A stretch of 64,000 nucleotides of DNA from the NCBI GenBank assembly GCA_051294375.1, contig CM119264.1, positions 222,148-286,147 of the forward strand. The letters are read 5' to 3'. Below the pieces are notes generated by a model. The model ran no database searches. It saw nothing but the letters and a program-made list of their open reading frames with translations, and had not been told where the DNA came from. Of this stretch, positions 38,860 through 52,090 are shown one piece after another (the stretch's first letter is position 1; each line of letters opens with the position of its first letter). The position numbers were made by a program, and so were the translations under genes. The DNA is from Paraspadella gotoi. Taxonomy: Eukaryota > Animalia > Chaetognatha.

Positions 38860-38952
38860 TGTCGAGGCAGCAGTCTCGCGGGGGTGGATGACTCGATGAC
38901 GATTCACGTTTTTGTAACTTTTTTGAAATTTTTATCTTCGTTTATCTCGTTT

Positions 38953-38989
<37 letters not shown>

Positions 38990-39469
38990 NNNNNNNNNNN
39001 NNNNNNNNNNNNNNNNNNNNNNNNNNNNNNNNNNNNNNNNNNNNNNNNNNNNNNNNNNNNNNNNNNNNNNNNNNNNNNNNNNNNNNNNNNNNNNNNNNNN
39101 NNNNNNNNNNNNNNNNNNNNNNNNNNNNNNNNNNNNNNNNNNNNNNNNNNNNNNNNNNNNNNNNNNNNNNNNNNNNNNNNNNNNNNNNNNNNNNNNNNNN
39201 NNNNNNNNNNNNNNNNNNNNNNNNNNNNNNNNNNNNNNNNNNNNNNNNNNNNNNNNNNNNNNNNNNNNNNNNNNNNNNNNNNNNNNNNNNNNNNNNNNNN
39301 NNNNNNNNNNNNNNNNNNNNNNNNNNNNNNNNNNNNNNNNNNNNNNNNNNNNNNNNNNNNNNNNNNNNNNNNNNNNNNNNNNNNNNNNNNNNNNNNNNNN
39401 NNNNNNNNNNNNNNNNNNNNNNNNNNNNNNNNNNNNNNNNNNNNNNNNNNNNNNNNNNNNNNNNNNNNN

Positions 39470-39504
<35 letters not shown>

Positions 39505-40014
39505 GGACTGGAAATTGGTGCCACTCTACTGCAAATTGACGTCGTCGTCGAGAGTGAATGTTGAGGAAAACCTGGAAATTTGGAGAAAAAGAGGAAATAG
39601 AGGAAAGGAAAGGAAAAAGGAAAAAAGAGGAAAAGAAAGGAAAAGAGAATGAAGAAAATTAAAAAAAGGGAAAAGGAGAGAAGAGGACAGGGAAAAGAAA
39701 AATAGAGGAAAGGAAAGGAAAAAATGGAGAAAAGGAAAGGACAGAAAATAAGAGGAAAGGAAAAGAAAAGAAAATTAAAAAGAAAATAAAAGGAAAAAGA
39801 AGTAAAGTGTAGATTTGTCGTGTGTGTGAGTGGAGCGGAGGCAGTAAAAAGAGCGGGAAAGCGGAAGTGGGCGTGGCCACCGCCATTTGCGCCTCTTCGC
39901 TTAATCATTTGCGCCGAGGAGAAGAGAGGGGGGGGGGAAGGAGGAGGAGAGAAAATGTCAACGTGAATGAATTTCTGGAAAGTGTTTTGTGAAAGGTTTT
40001 GTGAAAGGTGGGAG

Positions 40015-40620
40015 AAAGTCACTGACATAGTGATAGAATTAAGGGGATGTTGTAGTCGGGCATTGCATAAGTTCATCCCTCCTTTGAGCATTACATTGCA
40101 TTACATTACATTACATTACATTACATTACATTACATTACATTGCATAAGTTCATCCCTCCTATGAGCATTACACCTTCTTTAGTGCCCCATCAACTCATG
40201 ACCACTAGGTACCGGGTTCAATCCCGACCCTGTACCTACCCTGCGGAAAGCGTGAGGACGGCCGTAAGCCGACTTGGGAGCCTGGAAAACTCCCAAGCCT
40301 GGTTCTAAGCCCAGGACCCGTTCCATGGCTGCTAGAGGGGGTTAAAGAAGTTGCGGATAGCACTCGTCAGCCCACTTAGCGCTCTATCCATAATATTTAC
40401 TGGAAAAAGTCACTGACAGGCTGATAGAATTAAGGGGATGACAACTAAGAAAAGTCACTGACAGACTGATATAAATTAAGGGAATGTCTACTGGAAAAAG
40501 TTACTGACAAACTGATAGAATTAGGGGCATGTCTACTGGAAGAAGTCACTGATAAACTGATTTAATTAAGGACATGTCTACTCGAGTAATTTAGGGATAA
40601 ATTGATAGAATTAATGGTAC
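40015..40620. repeat. 45-bp minisatellite interrupted by family-B element
   Basis: AAAGTCACTGACA..CTGATAGAATTAAGGGGATGTCTACTGG units at ~40015 and ~40400-40620. Confidence 0.8.
40051..40392 (+). mobile_element. Family-B tRNA-containing element (solo-LTR-like) with internal (CATTA)n expansion
   Basis: ATGT|TGTAGTCGGGCATT...GCCCACTTAGCGCTCTATCCATA|ATAT, interrupting a 45-bp minisatellite. B box GGGTTCAATCCC. Shares its 5' leader AGTCGGGCATT with the 30071 copy. Confidence 0.7.
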
Positions 40621-41588
40621 ATTAATGACTGAACTTGACACTAATATTTTGAGCCGAGGCTCGAGAATCTGCAATCTACTAGAAGGGCATTAATTTTAAG
40701 ACAAGCCTGAAAAATTGCTGACTGTATTATCTAAATTATTTTTTTTATTGATAAATTAAAAGCCATTTTCTGAATTATAATTTTTAAAAATCATTTTTCT
40801 AGATTCATGATCCTGAACTTAAGGTTCAAGAACAAAAATATACTTTTCAAAATGTTTCTCATGTCAAGAGACGAACAAGAATTTTTCTGAGTCCCATTCA
40901 TGGTGACAATCTTTTCTCTCATGGGGAAAACGTTGATCTCAAAAATGGAGGCAACAATAAAATGGCGAAAAGACCTTTTATCGTCGGGAACAACATGATA
41001 CAGAAAATGGATAGAAAAAAGAAGGCATTTATGAGAAATGAAAGCATTTCTGAGAAAAAAGGCATTTGTGAGGAAAGAAGGCATTTATAAAAAAGGAAAG
41101 CTTTTCTGTGAAAACAAGACATTTCTGAAAAAAAAAAGTAGCTCTCAAAAAAGGGCATTTTTTTAAAATGCGTTACACAAAAAAATACCACATTCCTCAG
41201 GGGAATCATTTTGAGGACACAAACGACATCGCAATAGTCGTCGTCGTCGTCGTCATCATCGTCGTCGTCATCGTCGTCGTCGTCGTCGTCCTTTTAGTTG
41301 GTTTCCCTTTCGCTTCGTTCGTTTTAATCGTTTACATTGAAAGTCGAAAATGGTTTCCTATCTGTCCTATCAAATGTCTCTCTCTCTCTCTCTCATCCTT
41401 CTCTTCTCTTCTCTCTCTCTCTCTCTTCTCTCTCTCTCTTCTCTCTTCTCTCTCTCTCTCCTTTCTCCCTCTCTCTCTTTTTCTTCTCTCTCTCTTTCTC
41501 TCTCTCTCACCCCAAACGTGAGGTTCATGAATGGAATTCCTTAAGAATCTGCCCCTTCTCTCCTCTCTTCTCTATCTCTCTCTCTCTC

Positions 41589-41646
<58 letters not shown>

Positions 41647-41813
41647 CTCCCTTTTTTGCTCGGCAGGATTTCATGAGCCAACGGTTACCAATGGATTACA
41701 TCCCAATTTATTGCCTCCATCATTGAAGTCGCTTAATCGTTTTCCTTTCCCTTTTTAATGTCTCTCTCTCTATCCTTCCTTTTTACTACCCACTTTTTAT
41801 TTTCTCGCTCCCT

Positions 41814-41872
<59 letters not shown>

Positions 41873-42774
41873 CATTCCGCTCTGTTCACTTTTCTCTCTT
41901 TCCCAATTTACTTTAGTTGTTTTTCCTTTTTTCCCAAAATGACGAAAACGAAAGAGACGTTTCCATGGTTACCGAACGGACTCAGATGCTAAAAGGAGCG
42001 TAAGTCATAAGTCATAAGTCAATCATCTTCCACACCATCATCATTATCATAATCATCATTATCATAATCATCATTATCATAATCATCATTATCATAATCA
42101 TCATGTACAAATTCACATTTGGATGGACTCCAATTTTTTTTCCTTTCATCGATCGCTGCACTTTTGTTTTTCTCCGCGGTCGGAAGAGGGCCTTCTAGGG
42201 AAAAGATAAGGTAATGTGACGACGACGACGACGACGACGACGAGTGAGAACTGACGCGAGAGATAGAACGATTAGGGATCCCGTCCCTATCGTCATTAAA
42301 CTAACATCGTTGTCGTCGTCGTCGTTTTCGTCGTCAAAAAAAACTACATCGACTTTTCGTAGTTTGTAATTTGCTTGAGTTTTCTATTTTTAGTTTCTAA
42401 AAATCAAAGTATTTTTTTCTATCTCTAGTACTCTGCAATACTATATTCTTTCTGCCTTTGCCATCAGCATTGGCATTCTTCCCATCATAGCTCTGGGCGT
42501 TTTTGTCATCATGAAGTTTTTTCTGTCCTTTTTTTTCTACTTTGTCCCACTCTGTGTTTCTTTTTTTCCTTCTTTTCTTCTTTGTCCCACTCTGTCTTTC
42601 TGTTTTTTCCTTTTTTTTCTATTTGTCCCACTCTGTCTTTCTGTTTTTTTTTCCTTTTTTTCATTTTTTTTTCTTTTTTTTCCTTTTTTTTTTAAACTTT
42701 TTTTTATTCTTTTATTTTTTGATTTTCTCTTTCATTTCGTCATTAAGATTCAGTCTCAGTCGCTTTTCTCGTCA

Positions 42775-42818
<44 letters not shown>

Positions 42819-43964
42819 TTCGTGACTCCAAACAGGAACTGGACGGAAATTTAAGGCGCGTCATTTTTTTTCTCTATTCGAATTGAGATCGCGAGAAAGA
42901 AAAATTAATAATATTTATTAAAATTATTTATAATGTTTTTTAATAAAAATATATTTTTTTTATAAAAACAAAATAGATATATTGCTTAATTCTAGATTTA
43001 GCTAATTAAATAATTATTAAAATCATTATTTATCTTTCGATCTTGTAAATTTCATCCAACGAAATAATTTTTATCTTTTTTTCGTTTTGACTAAAATGAA
43101 TAATTTCAGAAGGAAATAGATTTTCTCGGCCATGAATTAAATGATATGAATTCAATGAAATGAATTAAATTAGATTAATGAAATAAAATAAATAGAATAG
43201 GAGGAATTAAACAAAATGAATGAAATGAAATTAAGCCAATTAATTAAATGAAATAAATAAAATAAAATGAATTAAATAAAACGTATTGAATTAAATGAAT
43301 TAATTTAAATGAATTAAAAGATTTAAATGAATTGAATGAAATGAATTTACTTGAATTAAATGAATTGAATTAAATGATATAAAAGATATGTATTAAATTA
43401 ATTGAATCAAATGAATTCAGTGCGATATATGAGAAAAACCGCCTTTTTTCTTTTTTTCCTTTCATTTCCTCTTTCGGATCTCTTTACATAATTTTTTTTT
43501 AAATTTCTCTCTCTCTCTCTCTGTTTCTCTCTCTCTCTCTCTCCTCTCTCCCTAGTTTCATTCTCTTCTTGGACTTATTTTCCGAATGTACCCCGTTTTA
43601 ACGAAAATTAAAAATTAATGATTATGTTAAGGTTTAGAGATTAGGATGGAGATTAGGCTTAGGGATTTGGTTTGGAATTTGGATAAAAATTTAGTTAAAG
43701 ATTAAATTTTTTTTTCATCTCCAAACAACATACTTACCCGACCACAACAAATACACAACCACACTGACCACACTTCTCTCTCCTACCACACTGACCACAC
43801 TTCTCTCTCCTACCACACTGACCACACTCTTTCACCACGCTGACCCTCTCCCCTTTTCACTCTCATCGACTCTTCACTTTTCACCGCCATAATTTTTTTC
43901 TCTCACGCGGTAATTTGTGAAAAGCGATCCCAGTCGAGTCACGTGATTCGGAAGGAAAAGGATG

Positions 43965-44630
43965 ACGTGACAAAAGCGTGACAATTTCGTGACAAATAAC
44001 GTGACGATAATATTATCGCCTGACAATCACGTGACAATCACGTAACGACCATGTAAAATTCAAAAGATGACGACGTGACAATCATGAGACGACGACGTGA
44101 CAATCACGCGTGACAATCACGTGATAAACTCTGCGTCGTGAGGGCGAAACGAAGCCGACGACAACGAAATTAAAAACTTAGAAAAGGCGGTAGAAGCGGC
44201 TGCAGCGTCTGGCGGCGGCGGCTGCAGCGTTGGACGGCTGGAGCGTCGGCCGGCGGCGGCGGCGGCGGCGGCGAAAAGAAAGAGGAACGGAAAATTGTTT
44301 ATTTTCTTCTTCCTTATTTTTTATGAATAGAAAAACGAAGAAGATGAAGAACGATTGTTCGTTACGAAGAACGATTTTTCTTTACGAAAAAAAGATTTTT
44401 CGCTGCTTCTTTCTTGTTTTTTTTATGTTCACTATTTTCATTCCTTCCGCGTATCATTTTCTCTGTCTGCGTATCACCTTCTCAGATCACGTATCACCTG
44501 CTCGTTCCGCGTATCACCTTCTCGGTCCACGTATCACCTTTATAGCCGCGTATCATCTTCTCTTTCACGTATCATCTTCTCTTCCGCGTATCACATTCTC
44601 AATTCGTGCATCACACGTCTACGTCACCAA
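43965..44630. repeat. CpG-rich region with (CGTGACAAT)n and roughly opposite-oriented (CGTATCACCTT)n arrays flanking a (GGC)n core
   Basis: Arrays at ~43965-44130 and ~44448-44630, with GCGGCGGC tracts at ~44195-44272. Confidence 0.6.
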
Positions 44631-44826
44631 AGTCAGCGTAGCGTGAGACGCCAACTTCCGCCCCGTCACGCAGCGTCGCTTAATCCGGTAACCAGGGCGT
44701 CTCTCTCTCTCCTCTCTCTCTCTTCTCTCTCTCTCTCTATCTCTCTTCTCTCTCTCTCTCTCTCTCACACACTCTACACCGGCCCTTCAAATGCAAAAAG
44801 ACGACCGCCTTATGAAAGTCCAAACA

Positions 44827-44876
<50 letters not shown>

Positions 44877-47675
44877 TGAGAGTAAGAGGAGGCATATGGT
44901 TGACTTTTCCCCTCCACGTTTATCTCGATAGACGCTCAATTGGTTCCAGTCCGCGATGCATAGCTGCGGACTCTCCTCGGCGGCGGAGGTAAGTTCGCTC
45001 GCTGTTCTGCTCTTCTTCGCGCGCGAAGGAAGAGAGGATTTTCTTCCTTCTCTCTCTGTTTTCGCTCCTCTTCGATCTCCATTCGCGGGTCTAACTCCAT
45101 CGGATTTCGGGGAGAAATTTATGATGTCTCTCGTGAGGGGGAAAAACTAACTTGGTGTGGTTCAATTGTGATATTTACTTGTGAAGATTGCTAAAAACGT
45201 TACTTTTTGTAGATGACTGACTAGCACTTTTACCAAAGCAAATGACTTAGGAGAATCATTGTTATTATTTCTATCCTTACTTTAAAAAAAAACTTTGAAC
45301 GCTTTGCAATATTTTTTTTTTAAATTTTTTTTCAATTAAAAGTTATAAAATATTATTCAATGAAAAATACTAAATAATCAAAGGGATTTTTCAATATACT
45401 TTAAATAATAATTAGCTTAACCTTATCAGTTACTAGCGTCTTCGCCAGTCTGGACTCTGGTGCAAGTTTCACCTGTCTTTCTGTCTTGGGAATGGCTGAA
45501 AATGTTTAGGAGAACCAAGTCCTCCAACAGACTAAAAGTAAACAAAGTTTCTTCAATAAATGTCCATCCAGACTGGCTTTTATACAGTGTGTCCTAAATG
45601 GTAACAAGTATCTGGTTTAAGAAAAGCCTACTGATCCTATATCAGATAGAAAACTTTAAATTCATTATAATGAATATGCGCACAAATTTAAGCCGCATTT
45701 ATAGGATACCTAATTCGTAAAAAAATGTATAAACTAAACCTCCTGTAGTTTACATAAAGCAAATTGGTAAAAAAAGAATAATAATTTTTTAATATATCTG
45801 TTTCAAATATGTTTTATAACATTGGTTAAATAATGTTTAAATATTTCTTGTAGAGACAGGACAGAAGAAAACTACCTCATATTTTTAGCTCCAGACGCTT
45901 TTATAATGCAGTAAATCCTTGATTTTTAAAATTATAAGACTTACTCTATCATATTACTTTTTTAATTGATTTTAAATAATAATTTATTAAATAAATAGCA
46001 ACCATTTGTTTGGCTTCAATGATGATCAATCAGCTCACAACTTCAAATAATAAAATTTATAATTAATAGATTTATATTTTCTAAATTTTAGCATTGATGT
46101 TCTATCTTGAGTCGAATATTTGCTTTAGTTGCCTACAGCCTTTTATCTCGCTATAACTTAAAAATTTCATGAATGCTTATATCATTATGAGTTGGTGATA
46201 AATGTCAGAATTGCGCGCTAATGAGTCGTGCTATTTGTAGATATTTAATTACACTTTTTTAAAGACTATTAACAAAGTGATAAATGTCAGGACTAATTAC
46301 TACTATTAATATATTCTTCAAAATTTTAAATTTGATAATCTAAGAGTAAAAATTTTAATAAAGGAAAAAAAGTTGCAAAAAGAAAAGGTCATTAAATGCT
46401 CAAAAAAATTGGTATAATGATTTGAGGTGGTACTAAATGTGATGACATTGTTAATCTGCTAGAAATAACATTTTATTAACACAGTTCCGCAAATATTAAA
46501 AGTAACGCAGTACCTATTGGCGACCACCTGTCAGTTATGTATCGGTAAACACGCGCTGGTAAGTTCTTTTACTATTAAATAATTAAAAAAATATACTATA
46601 TACTGACTTTCATTTCATATTATTCGACTCAGCATTTTGATACATAGTTATTGAGATGAAATAACTACAGAAAGCAAGTGATAAAAGAGATACATGTAGC
46701 GTTAATTGCCAATATTGACATGAATTTTTTTTAATTGTTTATAGAACTTTTTTAATTATTTTTCAAGCAGAAAAAATTTGACAAAAACAGTGATACTTAC
46801 CACTATGAATATTAAAATAGTAAACCAATTACTAAGAAATATCGCATTCAAATTTGATATCTTATATAACTTTGTTATTATTTGTATAAAGGAAATTAAT
46901 GTAAAGAGTGAAAAGGCAAACTAAGAGAACACTTAGGACGGGAGAGAAAAGAGTCCTGAGCGGATTTTCGTGAGTCTTCCGCTACTCCTATGGCCGCGGA
47001 CGATCGCCGTCGTAAGGAGCAAAGGACAGCAGGGATCGTCGCTCACATTTTCCGAGAGTCACCGACGTCGGACTGACCCTCCGACCATTCAGCCGCCGGT
47101 AAGAAGAGTGAAGGAGCGGAAGGAGAGGGAAGCCTTTTGGTCTGTCTCGCGGCTCGTCGATTGTCGACCAAGACGCCATAGGAGAGAGGAGAGAGAAAGA
47201 GAGATGGAGAGAGAGAGAGAGAAGAGATTGAGAGAGAGAGAGAGATATTATTTCCCCCCTCCAAACGACACCTGCCAATTTTCTCCCTTTAGATTTTTTT
47301 TTACTTTTAATTTTTAATTTGTTCGTCGCTTTATTGTTAAATTTGTTTATGAAAAGAATCAAATTACAAAACAGGTGATGACAATGTCAGATATGATAAT
47401 GATGATGTCAGTCAATGTCAGAGATGATAATGACGAAGTCAGTGTATATCAGTGAACGTCATAAAAAGAGTTTAAAGGCAAAGTTAACTGTGAACTTGTA
47501 GCGGACATTCATTCCAAAGTTCACAACGCCTGGCTCCTTGAGTGAATCCATCATGTCATGTCATGTCATGTTATGTCATTATGTCCAGCTATCTTCTTCG
47601 AATGATAGGGGTTAGGGATTAAGTTAATGATTAAGGTTAGAGATTAAGTTAATTATTAAGGTTAGGGATTAAGTT

Positions 47676-47942
47676 TTTGGTGGTCCTATCACCACAGATG
47701 GATTAAAGCTGTTTCTTTCGCAGTGCCTCAGTGGCTCAGTGGACTAATGCACCATCCCAATGTGCGTCCCTGGTTCGAGCCCTGAGGTTGTCATGTAGAA
47801 AGTGGGATGGACCGGGTAACCCGCCTGTAGGCATGGGTCTACTGCCAGATCCAAAGGTCTGGACTACATGAACATGCTGTCTCGTTGTCGCCACGAGGTG
47901 ACACCACCGTAGGTGTGGCGCCCTGTAAAACCAGCCTCTTCA
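47676..47942 (+). mobile_element. tRNA-containing repeat related to family-A LTR (probable solo LTR; SINE not excluded)
   Basis: A box GTGGCTCAGTGG at 47731-47742 and B box GGTTCGAGCCC at 47772-47782. The tRNA-like part aligns by eye with the family-A LTR (CTCAgTGGCTcAGtgGaCTAA...GTGCGTCCC.GGTTC.A.CCCTG) and shares upstream TTAAAGCTG. It is ~267 bp, ends in CA and interrupts a TTAAGG/TTAGG array. Confidence 0.6.
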
Positions 47943-48405
47943 ATTTAATGATTAAGGTTAATGAATAAGGTTGTTAGTTAAGGTTTCAGGTTACGAATTA
48001 TAGTAAAGGTTTAGGTTCGTTTAAATTCATAAATATTATCTAACTAAATATTGCGGTTAAATTTAATTTTCTAGATGAAGGAACATATATGGGATGTTTT
48101 TGGAAAATAGAGCCTCAGGAGAGGACTCTGTACCCTGTACCCTGTACCCTGTACCCCGATATGAGGAGCAATAAAACCCAAACGACGGAAAAATAACTCG
48201 ACGCGCATCGAAAAATTTTTTTCGCAGAGTCTGTTATCTCTCAGGAACCGACACGCCGCCGCAGAGGCCGCCCGCTGCCGCTGCCGCCGCCCGACGCCGC
48301 CGCCGCCCCCGCCGCGATCGAATTCCGATGACGATAAATTTGCGTCGACTCGTCAGACGATTTTTGCATTTTTCGTCGCATTCAAACTTTCAAAAATTCG
48401 ATTTC

Positions 48406-48502
<97 letters not shown>

Positions 48503-49094
48503 TAATGGAGAAAGCGAAAAAAAAAGAAATAAGTTACAGATTTTGTTCAAGATTTTTGATTGATGAAGGAGAAGGGCTGGTCAATAACATCAATGATGTA
48601 GTGTGGACCGAATGATGTAGAAAAGACGCCGACGAAGAAGAAGGGAGGAAAAAAATAAAAAAGGATGAAAGGAGGGAGGAAAGACGGAGAAAGGCGGATG
48701 GAAAGAGGAAAGAAAGAAGTCGAAAAGGAGGGAGGAAGGAGGGAGGAAAGAGGAAGAAAAGGAGGAGAGAAGAGGGAGAAAAGGAGAGAGGAAGGAGGGA
48801 GGAATGAGGGAGGAAAGAAGTATAAATATTAGGCAGGATAGATGGATGAAAGAAGGGAAGTAAGGAGGAAGGAAAGAGGGAGGAAAGGAAAAGAAAAGAG
48901 GAGGAAAGGAAGGAAAAAAGAGGGAAAAATAATGAGAAGAGGGAGGAAAGATTGAAGAAAGAGGGAGAAGGAGATGGACGAAGACAAATGAACAAACGTC
49001 GATGGTTAATTGCTGTTTTTTTTCTTCGTCGAACAAGAATTTTTTTCTTTATCTCTCATCATTCATCATTTAGAAAAAAAATCACTTCTGCGAC

Positions 49095-49990
49095 AATGAA
49101 AGGGGGAAAGGGTAAAGAGGGAAAGGTGGAAAAGGAAGAGTGGAGTGGAATGGGGGAAAGGAAAGGGTTAAAAGAGGGAAAAGAGTGGAAAAAGAAAAGT
49201 GGAATGGGTGGAAGGAAAGAGGAAAAGGGGAAAGAGGAAAGGTGAAAAAAAAGTGAAATGGGAACAGAAAGGGGAAAGGGAAAAGAGGGAAAGGTGGAAA
49301 GAAAAGAAAGTGGAATGGGGGAAAGGAAAGGAGCGAAAGGGGAAAGAGGAAAGGTGGAAAGGAAGATGGGAGAATGGGAAAGGAAAGGGGAAAGGGTAAA
49401 AGGGAAAGGTGGAAAAGGAAAGTGGAATAGGGGAAAGGAAAGGGGTAAAGAAGGGAAAGGTGAAAAGGAAAGTGGAATGGGGGAAAGGAAAGGGTAAAAG
49501 GGAAAAGGTGGAAAAGAAAAGTGGAAAATGGGGGAAAGGAAAGGTGAAAGGGTTAAAGAGGGAAAGGTGGAAAAGGAAGAGTGGAATGGGGAAAGGAAAG
49601 GAGGAAAGGGGAAAGAGAAAAGGTAGAAAAGGATAGAGTGGAATGGGAATGAAGGAGGGTAAAAGGGAAAAGGTGAAAGGAAAAGTGGAATAGGGGGAAA
49701 AGGAAAGGGTAAAGAGGGAAAGTGAGAGGCAGAAAAGTGGAATGGGGAAAGAAGGAGTAAAAGAGGAAAGGTGCGGAAGAGTGGAAATGGGGAAAGGAAA
49801 GGGGAAAGGGTAAAAAGGGAAAGGTGGAAAAGGAAAAGTGGAATAGGGGAAAGGAAAGGGTAAAGAGGGAAAGGTGGAAAAGGAAAAGTGGAATGGGGGA
49901 AAGGAAATTGGAAAGGCGAGTAAAGTGGAAATAAAGGAAAGGTGGAAATAGATAAGTGGAAAGGGAGGAAAGGGAAAAGGGAAAAGGGAA
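49095..49990. repeat. Purine-rich ~45-50-bp degenerate minisatellite
   Basis: Recurring AAAGTGGAATGGGGGAAAGGAAAGGGTAAAGAGGGAAAGGTGG. Confidence 0.85.
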
Positions 49991-50561
49991 AAATGAATAT
50001 AAAAGGAAAGACAAGGAAATAAAAAATATTAAAAATAAAATAAAATAATAATATATAACAACAATCTAATAAGATTAATTATAAATATAGAATAAAAAGT
50101 AAAGCAAAGCAAAGAAAGAAAAAAACCCAGAACAGAAAAAAAAATTAGTTTGGTTTCTTTTCAATAATTTACGTCATGATTGACTTATCGTTAATAAGTG
50201 AGAATCTCAGAATAAATAATTAATTTTCTTCTTGTTGAGCTTCCGCTTTTTCCTTGCTTTTCCTTCTGAACTTCGAGCCTCGCTCTGCTTTACCTCGCTT
50301 TTCCATGCTTTGCCTTGTCCCGACAAAAAAGTTGATTTTTTGAGAATTCCCAAAAATCGATTTTTAGGACAGAAAAAAAAATAATGAATTGTGTTTTTCC
50401 GAGTTTGTTCTTCAGTTCGCTTTTCTTCTTTAGTTGGTTTGTTCTTCTGTTTACTTTTGTTCTTAAGTTCGCCTTTGTTCTCAAGTTTGTTTGTTCTTTT
50501 GTTTGTTTATCTTTTTTCTTCCTCTCGTTTCCTGTCTTTGTTTATAGTTTTAATCTATTTT

Positions 50562-50764
50562 GGGCACTTTATTCCGAGAGTGCCCCAATTGTATTCCTTA
50601 TAATTAATCCAATCTCTAATTCATAACCTTAACCCGTAACCTTATTTTTAAATCTCTAACCCTAATCCCTATCCAAAATATAACCAAGTTCATAACCTAT
50701 CCCTAATTATTAATTATTAATTCTGAATTTAAGTAAAAATGATACGCCTTAATAAAAAAAGACT
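50562..50764 (-). mobile_element. TTAGGG-array MITE-like element, short copy
   Basis: GGCACTTTATTCCGAGAGTGCCCCAATT ... TAACCC-like array ... AAAATGATACGCCTTAATAAAAAAAGACT. Flanks TCTATTTTG / TAAATTTTG match at 7 of 9 positions. Confidence 0.55.
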
Positions 50765-50809
50765 TAAATTTTGCTTATGACATTTACTTTACTTGCTACT
50801 TCAAAGAAG

Positions 50810-51240
50810 CCGGATGAAGGGGACAAACGACAAAGGGGACGATGAGGGGGACAAAGGACAAAGGAGTAGAATGAAGGGGACAAAGGTCAAAAGAGTAGGA
50901 TGAGGGGACATGGGACAATTTGGCTGCATGAGGGAGTCATAGGATGAAGGGGACAAACGACAAAGGGGACGATGAGGGGGACAAAGGACAAAGGAGTAGA
51001 ATGAAGGGGACAAAGGTCAAAAGTGTAGGATGAGGGGACAATTTGGTTGCATGAGGGAGGCATATGATGAAGGGTACAAACGACAGAAGGAGTTGGAGGG
51101 GATATGGAACAATTGGGATGCATGAGGGAGTCATAGGATGAAGGGTACAAACGACAAAGGGGAGCGATGAGGGGAACAAAGGACAGAGGGGCAGGATGAG
51201 GGGGATATAGGACAAAGGGGCAGAATGAGGACCAAAATAA
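50810..51240. repeat. GGATGAAGGGGACAAA-based minisatellite with ~131-bp higher-order duplication
   Basis: GGATGAAGGGGACAAACGACAAAGGGGACG recurs at ~50812 and ~50943. Confidence 0.85.
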
Positions 51241-51438
51241 TGGGGAAGGATTAGGGGCAATAAGGAGTATGGGGCAGGGAGGAAAAGGGGCCGAGGTGGC
51301 AAAAGGGGTAAAGGTGGGAGTAGGCAAAGAGAAGAAAGGAAGAGAGAAAGATAGAGAAAAAGACAAAAGGGGAAATCAAGATCGGAGACGTGTTACTATC
51401 AATAAAAAAATCAAGAACAGAGACGTGTTACTTTCAAT

Positions 51439-52059
51439 AAAAACAAGTTTGAGCAAACAATGTCGGATTTGCCGACGATCATTAGCGGTAATTAATTAAT
51501 TAATTATTACAAACTATATAAACTAAAACAATAATTTAATTAAGAAATTAATTAAATTGATCCGAAATGTTTGTTTTTAGGTATTTTTGTCACTGACCAC
51601 AACAAAAGCAACGACGACGATGATGGCGATGACGACAATAATGCTGATAAAGTTTGACTTGATTAAATAATTAATTATTTTATAAATAAATTGATTGATT
51701 GAGTAATTAATTAATAGATAACTAAATAAAGTGATTGATTGAATAATTGATTAATTGACTGATTAATTAATTATTAATTAATTGATTAATGAACTGATTA
51801 ATTATTTAATTAATTAATACATCTTATCTTGCAGTTACATGTAATATAAAAAGAAAAAGAAGCATAATCAATTAGTGAAACAGTTTTTTTTTTTGTTTTC
51901 TATTTAAACTCATTTCCAATCAGACGATTCTATCGAAACTTTATATCCAACTCAATCACACACTTCCCTACCCACAAACAAAATTTAATTCCACTCCATC
52001 CATCCAATCACGAGTAATTGGAGTTTTTTGCTCAGGTGGGACCGATGGACGGACAGAAG

Positions 52060-52090
<31 letters not shown>

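Noticed and set aside
37984-38891. Long Phe/Ser-rich ORFs, and all ER/LS-repeat ORFs elsewhere
   Set aside because: Pyrimidine or (AG)n tracts lack stop codons by composition.
45444-45577. 11-bp inverted repeat GCCAGTCTGGA/TCCAGACTGGC and a short open frame
   Set aside because: It occurs once, has no TSD and gives no recognisable peptide, so support is insufficient.
47726-47790. Functional tRNA gene
   Set aside because: A and B boxes are present, but I see no pairing acceptor stem or intact anticodon arm, and it is embedded in a repeat.
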